Positions 49,766 to 58,890 of a stretch of 64,000 bases of DNA are shown one piece after another; the stretch's first letter is position 1, and the number at the start of each line of letters is the position of its first letter. The position numbers and the translations under genes are program-made. The stretch is from Rhabdothermincola salaria. Lineage in GTDB: Bacteria; Actinomycetota; Acidimicrobiia; Acidimicrobiales; Acidimicrobilacustridaceae. The notes beneath the pieces are model-generated. The model did no database searches. It saw only the letters and a program-made list of their open reading frames with translations, and was not told the DNA's origin. The stretch lies in the NCBI RefSeq assembly GCF_021246445.1, contig NZ_JAJQXW010000001.1, forward strand, positions 1 to 64,000, written 5' to 3'.

Positions 49766-49983
49766 CTGCGGCTCCTTGGTGGGTCGGGATCGCTCGATCG
49801 ATGGGGCAGACGGCCGGCCGGGACGGACGAGGACGGTCGCGACGGGCGCGAGCCGGGTGGCCCGTCCGTTCAGCGTCCCCCGAGAGGCGTTCTGATATTG
49901 GATCCTGGCACACCGGGCACGATCCGCGCCCGGAGCCGACTCGCCGAGCGCCGCGACCGACGACAGGCCTCGACGCGGCCCCG

Positions 49984-51219
49984 TCAGGCCTTGAAGCGAT
50001 AGGTGACCGGCATCCGCTTGGGGCCGTTCACCAGCACCGACGCCGTCTGTTCCACCGGGCCCGCGGCCTCGATTGACTCGAGTCGCCCGAGCAGCTCGCC
50101 GAACAGCGCCCGGATCTCCAAGCGGGCCAGGTGGGCACCCAGGCAGTAGTGGCGACCGAACCCGAAGCCCAGGTGCTTGTCGGCCTCGGGGTTGGTGACG
50201 TCGAACGTGAACGGGTCGGTGAAGACGCGCTCGTCTCGGTTGGCCGACTGGTAGGAGAGCAACAACCAGTCGCCCTCGGCGATCCGGTGGCCCGAGGCCA
50301 GCGTGTAGTCCTGCTGGGCGGTGCGCATGAAGTGCTTCACCGGGCTCACCCAGCGCACGATCTCGTCGGCCGCCCCGTCGACGAGCGACGGATCGGCCAG
50401 CAGCTTCTCGAGCTGCGCCGGGTGCTCGAGCAGGGCCTGCATGCCTCCGGCGACGGCGTTCGAGGTCGTGTCGTGGCCGGCGGTGGCCACGATCAGGTAG
50501 TAGCCGTAGGTGTCCATGTCCTCGAGCGGCTTGCCGTCGATCTCGCCGTTGGCGATCACGGTGGCGAGGTCGTTGGTGGGGTGCGCCCGCCGCTCGGCGT
50601 TCACCCCGGTGAACATGGCGATCACGTCCATGATCACCGCCATGGCCTGCTCGTCTTCTCCCACCCGCTCGAAGTCGGGGTCGCTGTCGGCGAAGAGCTC
50701 CTGGGTGAGGCGCAGCATCTTCGGGAACTGCTCCTCGGGCAGGCCGAGGATGTCGAGGATGACCCGCAGCGGGTAGTTCATGGCCACGTCGGTGGCGAAG
50801 TCGCAGGCCCCACCGCGGGCTGCCATCTCGTCGACGGAGCGGGTGGCCTGCAGGGCCACCTGGTCGGCGAGCTTCTTGACCTGCCCGGGCTTGAACCAGT
50901 CGTTCACCAGCGCCCGGTGGGCCCGGTGCTCCTCGCCGTCCATCTGGATGAGCGTGTTCACCGGGCTCTCCTTGCGCTCTTGCGTCGCCGGAGGGTCGGC
51001 CATCACGACCGGGGCCGGAGCGTTGGTGAAGACGTCCGAGTTCTTCTCCACCTCCATGACCTCGGGCAGGCCCAGCACCGCCCAGAAGGGGTGGCGGCCC
51101 AGCCCCTCGACCCGGTGGAGGGGGCCCTCGGCCCGTAGCTCGGTGGCGACGGCATGCCAGCGTTCGGGGTCGGCATAGGCCGCCGGGTCGATGAAGATGC
51201 GCCCTCGTTCGTCGCTCAC
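49984..51219 (-). CDS. Cytochrome P450
   Basis: AGHDTT, EIVRW.SP, HLGFGFGRHYCLG; GAGGAG RBS. Confidence 0.93.
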   Translation of the reverse strand: MSDERGRIFIDPAAYADPERWHAVATELRAEGPLHRVEGLGRHPFWAVLGLPEVMEVEKNSDVFTNAPAPVVMADPPATQERKESPVNTLIQMDGEEHRAHRALVNDWFKPGQVKKLADQVALQATRSVDEMAARGGACDFATDVAMNYPLRVILDILGLPEEQFPKMLRLTQELFADSDPDFERVGEDEQAMAVIMDVIAMFTGVNAERRAHPTNDLATVIANGEIDGKPLEDMDTYGYYLIVATAGHDTTSNAVAGGMQALLEHPAQLEKLLADPSLVDGAADEIVRWVSPVKHFMRTAQQDYTLASGHRIAEGDWLLLSYQSANRDERVFTDPFTFDVTNPEADKHLGFGFGRHYCLGAHLARLEIRALFGELLGRLESIEAAGPVEQTASVLVNGPKRMPVTYRFKA

Positions 51220-51340
51220 CACTTCTCCTCGTCGTCGTGCCCCGGCCGCCGCACGCGGCACCGTCGGGCCTGGTGGGTTCCGAGCCTTCCCCACCGCGGG
51301 CCGGGTGGTCCAGAGCCGAAGGTCCCCGCCCCCGCGTAGC

Positions 51341-51455
51341 TGTCGGGAGAGGGCGTCGACAGGTGGCGCCCTTTTCCTGACAGGTACGGGTGAGCGGGTG
51401 TTGTTGTCGGGAAAGGGCGTCGGCAGGTGGCGCCCTTTCGTGACAGGTACGGGTG
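51341..51455. repeat. Two tandem ~52-bp REP-like hairpin elements
   Basis: Copies at 51341-51392 and 51405-51455: TGTCGGGARAGGGCGTC-GRCAGGT-GGCGCCCTTT..TGACA-GGTACGGGTG. Confidence 0.8.
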
Positions 51456-51487
51456 GGGGGTTCTCGGCTTGCACGTCGTTTGTCGGA

Positions 51488-51504
51488 TCTGACGGACCCT
51501 CAGA
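51488..51504. promoter_or_regulatory. Operator site 7 (TCTGACGGACCCTCAGA)
   Basis: Abuts -10 TAGGGT (51505-51510) of the leaderless gene at 51518; divergent from the P450. Confidence 0.78.
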
Positions 51505-51517
51505 TAGGGTCCGCGGC

Positions 51518-52906
51518 ATGCGCGGCATTCTCTCGTGGGGGGCGTATCTGCCCTACCGACGTCTCGATCGCAGCCAGATCGCGGCCTTCGTCGGCCAGGG
51601 AGGCGGCAAGGGCACCCGAACCGTCGCCTCCTACGACGAGGACGCCGCCACCCTGGCGGTCGAGGCCTCCCGGTTGGCGCTGAAGGCCACCGAGAGCCGT
51701 CCCGAGACGCTGCTGTTCGCCACCGCCTCGCCGCCCTACGCCGACAAGACCAGCGCCACCACCGTGCACGCCGCCCTGCGCCTCGACCCCACGGTCACCG
51801 CCCTCGACCTCGGGGCGTCCACGCGGTCCGCCGTCGGCGGTCTGCGCCTGGCCCTGCAAGGGTCGGGCACGGCCCTCGTCGCCGCCGGCGACCTGCGCAC
51901 CGGCCTGGCCGGCTCCGCCGACGAAGCCGCCGGTGGCGACGCCGGCGCCGCCCTGGTCGTCGGTGACGGCGATGCCGTGGTGGCCGAGTACCTGGGCGGG
52001 GGGTCGGCCACCGCCGAGTTCCTCGACCGGTGGCGGGTGCCCGGCGACGTGCGCTCCCGCGTCTGGGACGACAAGTTCTCCGAGGTCACCTACGGCGGCC
52101 TGGCCCGCGATGCCTGGGCGTCGGCGCTGACCGCGGCCGGGGTCGAGGCCGACCGGGTCACCGTCGCGGTGGCCGCCCCCACTGCCCGCATCGGCAAGTC
52201 CGTGGCCGGCAAGCTCGGGGCCGCCGGCGTGGTGGGCGATCTCACCGACACCGTCGGCGCCACCGGCGCGGCCCAGCCGGCACTCCTGCTCGCCGCGCTG
52301 CTCGAGCAGGCCCAGCCCGGCCAGGCCCTGGCGCTCGTCACCGTGGGCGACGGTGTCGAGGTCCTGGTGTTCCTGGCCACCGACACGTTGGCGTCGCACC
52401 AGGTGGGTCGGCCCATCGCCACGCAGCTCGAGGCGGGTGCCCCGCTGGCCTACGGGCGGTTCCTGTCGTGGCGCGGGATGCTCAAGGTGGAGCCTCCCCG
52501 TCGTCCCGAGCCGGCCCGACCCTCGGGCACGGCTGCGGCCCGCTCCAGCGACTGGAAGTACGGCTTCGTGGCGTCCCGCGACACCGAGTCGGGAACCGTC
52601 TTCCTGCCGCCGTCGCGGGTGTCGTTCGACGGTGAGCGCACCGACCAGATGGAACAGGTGCCCATGGCCGACGTGCAGGGCACCATCGCCACCTTCACCG
52701 TCGACCGCATGGCCTACTCGCCCAGCCCGCCGGTCATCTTCGCCGTCGTCGACTTCGATGGTGGCGGACGTCTGCCGATCGAGCTCACCGACACCGACCT
52801 CGAGGAGGTGGAGATCGGCAAGCGGATCGAGATGACCTTCCGGCGCCTCTTCACCGCCGACGGCATCCACAACTACTTCTGGAAGGGACGGTTGGTCCGT
52901 GGCTAG
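51518..52906 (+). CDS. HMG-CoA-synthase-like fold fused to DUF35/OB-fold (thiolase accessory subunit)
   Basis: GAYLPYRRL, DED..TLAVEA, GGD.GAA, C-terminal FTVDR..SP.PP...VVDFDGGGR..MTFRR..NYFWK. Confidence 0.8.
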   Translation: MRGILSWGAYLPYRRLDRSQIAAFVGQGGGKGTRTVASYDEDAATLAVEASRLALKATESRPETLLFATASPPYADKTSATTVHAALRLDPTVTALDLGASTRSAVGGLRLALQGSGTALVAAGDLRTGLAGSADEAAGGDAGAALVVGDGDAVVAEYLGGGSATAEFLDRWRVPGDVRSRVWDDKFSEVTYGGLARDAWASALTAAGVEADRVTVAVAAPTARIGKSVAGKLGAAGVVGDLTDTVGATGAAQPALLLAALLEQAQPGQALALVTVGDGVEVLVFLATDTLASHQVGRPIATQLEAGAPLAYGRFLSWRGMLKVEPPRRPEPARPSGTAAARSSDWKYGFVASRDTESGTVFLPPSRVSFDGERTDQMEQVPMADVQGTIATFTVDRMAYSPSPPVIFAVVDFDGGGRLPIELTDTDLEEVEIGKRIEMTFRRLFTADGIHNYFWKGRLVRG

Positions 52907-54098
52907 TCATGGCATCCGCGACCGTGTGGCCATCGTCGGGATGGGCTGCACCAAGTTCACCGAGAACTGGGGCCAGGGCCTCGACGACCTGATCATCGAC
53001 GCCTCCAACGACGCCTACGCCTCGGCGGGCGTGGCCAAGGACGACGTCGACGCCTACTGGTTCGGCACCGCCCAGAGCGGGATGAGCGGCATCACGCTCG
53101 CCCGGCCGCTCCAGCTCCAGAACAAGCCCGTCACCCGGGTCGAGAACTACTGCGCCACCGGTTCCGAAGCGCTGCGCCAGGCCTCCTACGCGGTGGCGTC
53201 GGGCGCCTACGACCTCGTCATGGTGGTGGGCGCCGAGAAGGTGAAGGACACCGGCTTCCAGGGCCTCAACGCCTTCCCCATCCCCAACGACGGCACCGCT
53301 CGCACGCTCACCGCGGCCGCCATGTTCTCCATGCTCGTGCCCGCCTACGGCAAGAAGTACGGGGTCGACGACGAGACCATGCGCTCGGTGCTCACCCACA
53401 TCGCCCGCAAGAACCACTTCAACGGTGCTCGCAACGAGCGGGCCCAGTTCCGCAAGGAGATCAGCGTTGAGCAGGTGGAGCGGGCCCCCAAGATGGCGGG
53501 CACCCTCGGCGTGTTCGACTGCGCCGGTGTGGCCGACGGCGCCGCCTCGGCGATCGTGTGTCGGGCCGAGGACGCCCACCGCTACACCGACACCCCGGTC
53601 TACGTGAAGGCCCTGTCGTTCGTGGCCGGCAACGGCTCGGGTCTCATCGACCCCAGCTACGACTACACCACCTTCCCCGAGATCGCCGCCTGTGCCGTCG
53701 ACGCCTACCAGCAGGCCGGCGTCACCGACGCCCGGTCCGAGGTGGCCCTCGCCGAGGTCCACGACTGCTTCACCCCCACCGAGCTGGTGCTCATGGAGGA
53801 CCTGCAGTTCTCCGAGCGCGGCACCGCCTGGCGTGACGTGCTCGACGGGGTCTTCGACCTCGACGGGGAGCTGCCCGTCAACCCCGACGGTGGCCTCAAG
53901 AGCTTCGGTCACCCGGTCGGCGCCTCGGGCCTGCGGATGATGTTCGAGGCCTGGCTCCAGCTGCGCGGCGACGCCCCCGAGGAGCGCACGGTGAAGAGCC
54001 TCGCCGCCGGTCGCAAGCTGGCCCTCACCCACAACCTGGGCGGCTACCCGGGGGAGATGGTGAGCTTCATCTCGCTGCTCGGCACCGAGAAGAGCTGA
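52899..54098 (+). CDS. SCP-x type thiolase / acetyl-CoA acetyltransferase
   Basis: VENYCATG, DGAA, EVHDCFT, PVNPDGGLKSFGHPVGASG, HNLGG. Confidence 0.88.
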   Translation: MASHGIRDRVAIVGMGCTKFTENWGQGLDDLIIDASNDAYASAGVAKDDVDAYWFGTAQSGMSGITLARPLQLQNKPVTRVENYCATGSEALRQASYAVASGAYDLVMVVGAEKVKDTGFQGLNAFPIPNDGTARTLTAAAMFSMLVPAYGKKYGVDDETMRSVLTHIARKNHFNGARNERAQFRKEISVEQVERAPKMAGTLGVFDCAGVADGAASAIVCRAEDAHRYTDTPVYVKALSFVAGNGSGLIDPSYDYTTFPEIAACAVDAYQQAGVTDARSEVALAEVHDCFTPTELVLMEDLQFSERGTAWRDVLDGVFDLDGELPVNPDGGLKSFGHPVGASGLRMMFEAWLQLRGDAPEERTVKSLAAGRKLALTHNLGGYPGEMVSFISLLGTEKS

Positions 54099-54145
54099 CC
54101 ACGCCGCTCGGTCACGGGCCACCGCCGCACGGGCGTGCGTCGGGG

Positions 54146-54176
54146 GTCGTGCCGGGTCCGGTCGAGCCGGCACGAC
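54146..54176 (+). terminator. Hairpin downstream of the thiolase gene
   Basis: GTCGTGCCGG..CCGGCACGAC. Confidence 0.5.
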
Positions 54177-54266
54177 GGGTCGGGGTCACGGCGTCAGCGA
54201 CAGCGTGGCGTCCATGGGATATCGTTCGCCGGTTCCCCAACGCCCTGCACGCACTCGGAGGCCCCC

Positions 54267-55274
54267 GTGCCCGTTCGTCGCTCAGTCCTCGTCGCCGCAT
54301 CCGGTGCTGCGGTCCTCGTCCTCGGCGGGGTGGCCGTGCCCGGTGCCGGCGCCCAGTCGGTGGAGGTCATCGAAGTGGCGTACACCGGTGCTCCGGTCAC
54401 GATCGACATCCCGGGCGACGGCTCCATCTGCTCGATCTACGCCGAGCTGGCTGCGGGCGACGGCGGTGACGCCGAGACTGCTCCCGGCATCGGTGGCCGC
54501 ATCGCCGGACTCGTGCCCGTGGCCCCCGGCGACGTGGTGACCGTGGTCATCGGCGGTGCTGGCGCGATCGGGGGCCCGGGTGTCGCCGACACCCCGGCCG
54601 GTGGTTTCGGTGGTGGCGGCGACGGCGGCATCAACACCGGAGTCGGGAACCTCAACGGCGGCGGTGGCGGCGGTGCCTCCTGGGTCGCCATCGGCGACTC
54701 GCCCCTCCTCGTCGCTGGTGGTGGTGGCGGCGGCGGCGCCTACAACGGCGACGGCGGCGGCGGCGCCGTCGGACCGGGAGCGGGCAGCGCCGGCGAGGAT
54801 GTCAGCGGCCAACCCGAGTGGGGGCAATCCGGTGGTGGCGGCACGCTGACGGCCGGTGGTACTGCCGGCGTCGGTGGTGTCGGCGGGGTCTTGGGTGATC
54901 CGGGCACCGCCGGTGCGCTGTTGACCGGCGGTACCGGTGGGTCGACCGACGCCGGCGGTGCTGGTGGTGGCGGCGGTGGCGGTGGCGGCTACTTCGGTGG
55001 TGGCGGTGCTGGCGGGGCCGCGCCCGGCGGCTCTGGTGGTGGCGGTGGTGGCGGTTCGAGCTACGCCATCGCCTCGGCCGTCGAGGTCGAGGCCGGCGAC
55101 GCCCTCCAGGACGAGGACGGCAACGGTTCTGGCACCATCACCCTGGTGGCCGGCGATTGCCCGCCGCCCTCGACGACCACCACGACCACGCCGAGCTCCA
55201 CCACCACGCCGAGCTCCACCACCACCACGGCGGCGGCCAGCCCGGCGGTGGTCACCCCCCGCTTCACCGGCTGA
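54267..55274 (+). CDS. Secreted glycine-rich protein with Thr-rich linker and C-terminal PRFTG
   Basis: Signal peptide (RRSVL..AGA), repeated GGGG segments (GGGGGAS, VAGGGGGGG, GGYFGGGG), TTTTPSS repeats; GGAGG RBS. Confidence 0.8.
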   Translation: MPVRRSVLVAASGAAVLVLGGVAVPGAGAQSVEVIEVAYTGAPVTIDIPGDGSICSIYAELAAGDGGDAETAPGIGGRIAGLVPVAPGDVVTVVIGGAGAIGGPGVADTPAGGFGGGGDGGINTGVGNLNGGGGGGASWVAIGDSPLLVAGGGGGGGAYNGDGGGGAVGPGAGSAGEDVSGQPEWGQSGGGGTLTAGGTAGVGGVGGVLGDPGTAGALLTGGTGGSTDAGGAGGGGGGGGGYFGGGGAGGAAPGGSGGGGGGGSSYAIASAVEVEAGDALQDEDGNGSGTITLVAGDCPPPSTTTTTTPSSTTTPSSTTTTAAASPAVVTPRFTG

Positions 55275-55434
55275 TCCACCCCGACGCCGATCCTGGCCGG
55301 GCCCCGGCCCCCACGGGTGCCGGCCCCGTGCGCGCCCCGGCCCGGTCGACGGCCGCCCTGGTGCGGACCCCGGTCGTGGTCGGCACCGACCTCCCTCCGA
55401 TGCAGACCCCGCCCCGCTGCCACCCGAGTGGCGC

Positions 55435-58164
55435 TCAGCGTCGGTGCGACGACAGCTCGATGAGGATGTGATCGAGCTCGGTGGCGGGGACCGGGCGGCT
55501 CCAGAGGTAGCCCTGGGCCCGGTCGCAGCCCATCTCGAGCAGGCGGGCCCGCTGCTCGACGGTCTCGACGCCCTCGGCCACCACGACGAGGCCGAGCGCG
55601 TGGGCCAGTTCGATGGTGCCGCGCACGATGGCTTCGTCGGCCTCGTGGTGGGTGACTCCCGAGATGAACGCCCGGTCGATCTTGAGCTGGCTCACGGGGA
55701 GGCGCCGCAGGTAGCTGAGCGACGAGTAGCCGGTGCCGAAGTCGTCGACGGCAAGCCCCAGCCCGAGGTCGTGGAGCTCGTTGAGGCGCCGAACCGCGGC
55801 GTCGGGGTTCTCCATGACGGCCGACTCGGTGATCTCGAACACGACGTGGGTGGGGTCGATGTCGTGCTCGGCCAAGGCCGCTTCGACGGTGCCGACGAGC
55901 GCGGACTGGCTGAGCTGTCGGGGGGAGAGGTTGATCGAGATCCGGCGGGGAGATCCGTCGTCCTGGCTGAGCCAGGTGCGGAGCTGGCGGAGGGCGGCGT
56001 GCAGCACGACCTCGCCCAGGGGGACGATGAGGCCGGTCTCCTCGGCCAGCTCGATGAAGGCGGCGGGGCCGACCACACCGAGCTGGGGGTGGTTCCAGCG
56101 CACCAGCGCCTCGGCCCACAGCTCGCCCCGGCCCAGGTCGCCGTGCGGGTCAGCGTGGGGGTCGCCCTCGGGGTCCCCGGAGAGGGGGACCTCGGGCTGC
56201 CAGGCGACGGTGAGCTCGTCGCGATCGAGGGCCCGGCGCAGCGCGGTGGTGGTGTCGAGGCGGTGGGCGGCGCGCTCCTGGAGGGCTGGGTTGTACACCT
56301 CGTAGCCGGCTCGACCGCTGTCCTTGGCGCGGTACATGGCGGCGTCGGCCTCGCGCAGGAAGGTGTCGCTCGTCGTGGTGCCGGAGCGGTGGGCCGAGAT
56401 CCCGATGCTGGCGGTCACGAACACCTCGGTGCCGTCGATCTCGAACGGTGGGGCGAGCGCGGTGGAGAGGTTGGAGGCGAGGTCGAAGACGTCGTCGAGG
56501 TCCTCGGCCGATTCGCAGAGCACGGCGAACTCGTCGCCGCCTAGGCGGGCCACCGTGTCGGAGGTCGCGACCGCGTGCTGGAGACGGCGGGCGACGGCCA
56601 CGAGGAGGCGGTCGCCGGCCCCGTGCCCCATGGCGTCGTTGAGCAGCTTGAAGCGGTCGAGGTCGACGAGCAGCACGGCCAGCGTGCGGTCGCGGCGCGC
56701 CGTCCGGGCGGTGGCCCGGTCGATGCGCTCGCGCAGCAGGACTCGGTTGGGGAGGCCGGTGAGGGTGTCGTGCAGCCCCATCTGGGTGAGGCGCCGGTCG
56801 GCCTCGGCCCGCTCGACGGCGGTCGACAGGATCGTCGTCAGGCTCTCGAGGAAGCGCCGCTCGTGGGCGGGGAACCCCCGGTGCTCGACGCTGAGGGCGG
56901 TGAGGGTGCCGAACCGGCGCGTCGGGCTCCCGATGCGGACGATGACCCCCGACCGGTACTCCGAGCCCTCCTCGGGCAGCGCGTCCATGAAGCGAGGGTC
57001 GGTCTCGAAGTCCTCGACCAGGAGGGGGCCGTCGAGGTCGTCGACGAGGCGCTGGAGGTCGAGCTTGCCGCTGGTGACGGGTGCGGTGCCGACCGGGAAC
57101 GGATACGAGCCCCAGGACGCCCGGATGAGGGACTGGTCGTCGCCCACGTGCTCGGCGATGGCGCACGCGTCCAAGCCGAGGGTCTGCCCGGCGCTGTCGG
57201 CGATGGCGGCGGCCACCGCGCCGAGCTCGTGGGTGGCCAGGGCCATCTGTCCGAGGCGGGACACCTCGGACTGCATACGCTCACGGGACTCGAGGTGCTG
57301 GCGGTCGCGCACCTGCGAGGTGATGTCGGTGGCCACCCCGATGACCCCGCCGGCTCCTTGGCCCTCGCGTATCTGGGCGAGGTTGGCCATGATCCAGCGG
57401 CGCCGGCCGTCGGGGAGGTCGAACGCCAGCTCCCCGCTCCAGGGATGGCCGTCCCGAACGGTGCGCATCACGTCGTGGATCGCCTCGCCGGCAGTGGGTC
57501 GAGGGAACACCTCGGGCACCGGCTGCCCCACCACCTCTTCGAGCGACCACCCTCCGAAGCGCAGGGCGGCCCGGTTCATGTAGGTGATGCGGCCTTCGTC
57601 GTCGGCCGCGACCACGGCATCGCCCACCGAGGCCAGCAGGTGGGCCTGGAAGGCGGCGTCGTCGGTGGCGGCCTTGCGTCTGGTGATGTCGTGGAAGTTG
57701 GCCACGAGGCCGCGCACCAGCGGGTCGTCGAGCTGGTTGCTGAGGTGCATCTCGCACCACCGCCAGCCCCCGAGACGGTGAGCCAGCCGCATGGTGTAGA
57801 GGGTGGTGGCGCCGGGGCGGCTCAGTCCGCTCGCCTCGGCCTGCTCGATGGCCACCTGCAGGTCGTCCGGGTGGACGTCGAGGTGGAGCGAACCGAGGTA
57901 GCGCTCGGCGGGGTGGCCGGTGAGGTCCTCGATGGACTCGCTGATCCAACGCACCGAGTAGTCGGTCTCGAGGATGGCCACGACGTCGCGGCTGTGGCGC
58001 AGGAGGGCGGACGCCTCGGCGTGGGCCCGCCGAGCGGCTTGGCGAGCGTCGGCCTCGGCGTCGCGGGCGACGAACGAGCGGATCTGGGCGGGGTCGCCGG
58101 AGCTCGTCGACGGATCGGCCTTCCGGCCGGGTGAGGTGCCCCCGGGTCCGCTCGGCTCGGTCAT
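55435..58164 (-). CDS. PAS-PAS-GAF-GGDEF-EAL c-di-GMP signalling protein
   Basis: VHPDD PAS, HDTLTGLPNR, RLGGDEF, EALVRW, EITES, DDFGTGYSSL. Confidence 0.93.
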   Translation of the reverse strand: MTEPSGPGGTSPGRKADPSTSSGDPAQIRSFVARDAEADARQAARRAHAEASALLRHSRDVVAILETDYSVRWISESIEDLTGHPAERYLGSLHLDVHPDDLQVAIEQAEASGLSRPGATTLYTMRLAHRLGGWRWCEMHLSNQLDDPLVRGLVANFHDITRRKAATDDAAFQAHLLASVGDAVVAADDEGRITYMNRAALRFGGWSLEEVVGQPVPEVFPRPTAGEAIHDVMRTVRDGHPWSGELAFDLPDGRRRWIMANLAQIREGQGAGGVIGVATDITSQVRDRQHLESRERMQSEVSRLGQMALATHELGAVAAAIADSAGQTLGLDACAIAEHVGDDQSLIRASWGSYPFPVGTAPVTSGKLDLQRLVDDLDGPLLVEDFETDPRFMDALPEEGSEYRSGVIVRIGSPTRRFGTLTALSVEHRGFPAHERRFLESLTTILSTAVERAEADRRLTQMGLHDTLTGLPNRVLLRERIDRATARTARRDRTLAVLLVDLDRFKLLNDAMGHGAGDRLLVAVARRLQHAVATSDTVARLGGDEFAVLCESAEDLDDVFDLASNLSTALAPPFEIDGTEVFVTASIGISAHRSGTTTSDTFLREADAAMYRAKDSGRAGYEVYNPALQERAAHRLDTTTALRRALDRDELTVAWQPEVPLSGDPEGDPHADPHGDLGRGELWAEALVRWNHPQLGVVGPAAFIELAEETGLIVPLGEVVLHAALRQLRTWLSQDDGSPRRISINLSPRQLSQSALVGTVEAALAEHDIDPTHVVFEITESAVMENPDAAVRRLNELHDLGLGLAVDDFGTGYSSLSYLRRLPVSQLKIDRAFISGVTHHEADEAIVRGTIELAHALGLVVVAEGVETVEQRARLLEMGCDRAQGYLWSRPVPATELDHILIELSSHRR

Positions 58165-58320
58165 GACGGTGCTCCAGCTCTACGGCCCGCGGCCGCCGGC
58201 CGACCGCGGAGCTGTCATCGGAGGCTACTGCCTGGGCCGGTCGCCAACTCCGGTCCCGGAGGCGGGGGCGGTTCGTGCGGCGCGGAACACCGGGGTGGTG
58301 GCCGTCAGGGCTTCGCTCGC

Positions 58321-58890
58321 TCAGGGCGAAGTCGTGCGGGCCACCCGATCCAGCAGGGCCCGGTGGGTGGTGAGTGCAGCCACGTCGAGGTCGTCGACCT
58401 TGCCCCGGTCGTCCCAGCGCCGCAGGGCGACAGCGTCGGCGGCGCACGGGAGAGCACGGAACGTGGCGGCCTCTCGTCGGGTCATGGGTCCGCCCTGGAG
58501 AGCGAGGCTGTGGCGCGACCCCTCCGAGAGCGAGGCGTGGTAGCCGGGCTCGACGCCGGCGAGGTAGCGCTTGGCCTCGACGTGGGCGGCGACCGGCGCG
58601 GTGACCGAAACCGGGAAGAGGTCGCCCAGCCACGCCGCCCCAGTGCGCTCGTGGTGGTCGTCGAGACCCGGCCGGAAGCCGTCGCCCTGCGCGACCACGA
58701 GGAGGTGTCCGATGTCGTGGACGAGGGCGGCGACGACAAGGGCGTCCGCAGCATGGTCGCGGCGGGCGAGGGCCGCGCACTGCAGGGCGTGGTCGAGCTG
58801 GCTGACCGCCTCGTCGTAGGGGTCGGCGCCGTGGGTCTCGAGCAGCGCGACCACGTCGTCGACAGATGTGGCCCGAGCCCCGACGATCAC
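58321..58890 (-). CDS. phnZ: HD-domain di-iron oxygenase, PhnZ/TmpB-like
   Basis: EAVSQLDHALQCA, HDIGH, HHE, HVEAKRYL, LS..S..SL.LQGGPM, LRRWDD.GK; GTGA overlap. Confidence 0.8.
   Translation of the reverse strand: MIVGARATSVDDVVALLETHGADPYDEAVSQLDHALQCAALARRDHAADALVVAALVHDIGHLLVVAQGDGFRPGLDDHHERTGAAWLGDLFPVSVTAPVAAHVEAKRYLAGVEPGYHASLSEGSRHSLALQGGPMTRREAATFRALPCAADAVALRRWDDRGKVDDLDVAALTTHRALLDRVARTTSP

Noticed and set aside
51341..51455. Hairpin repeats as a mini-CRISPR
   Set aside because: Only two units, about 52 bp long, with a 12-nt gap; no cas genes.
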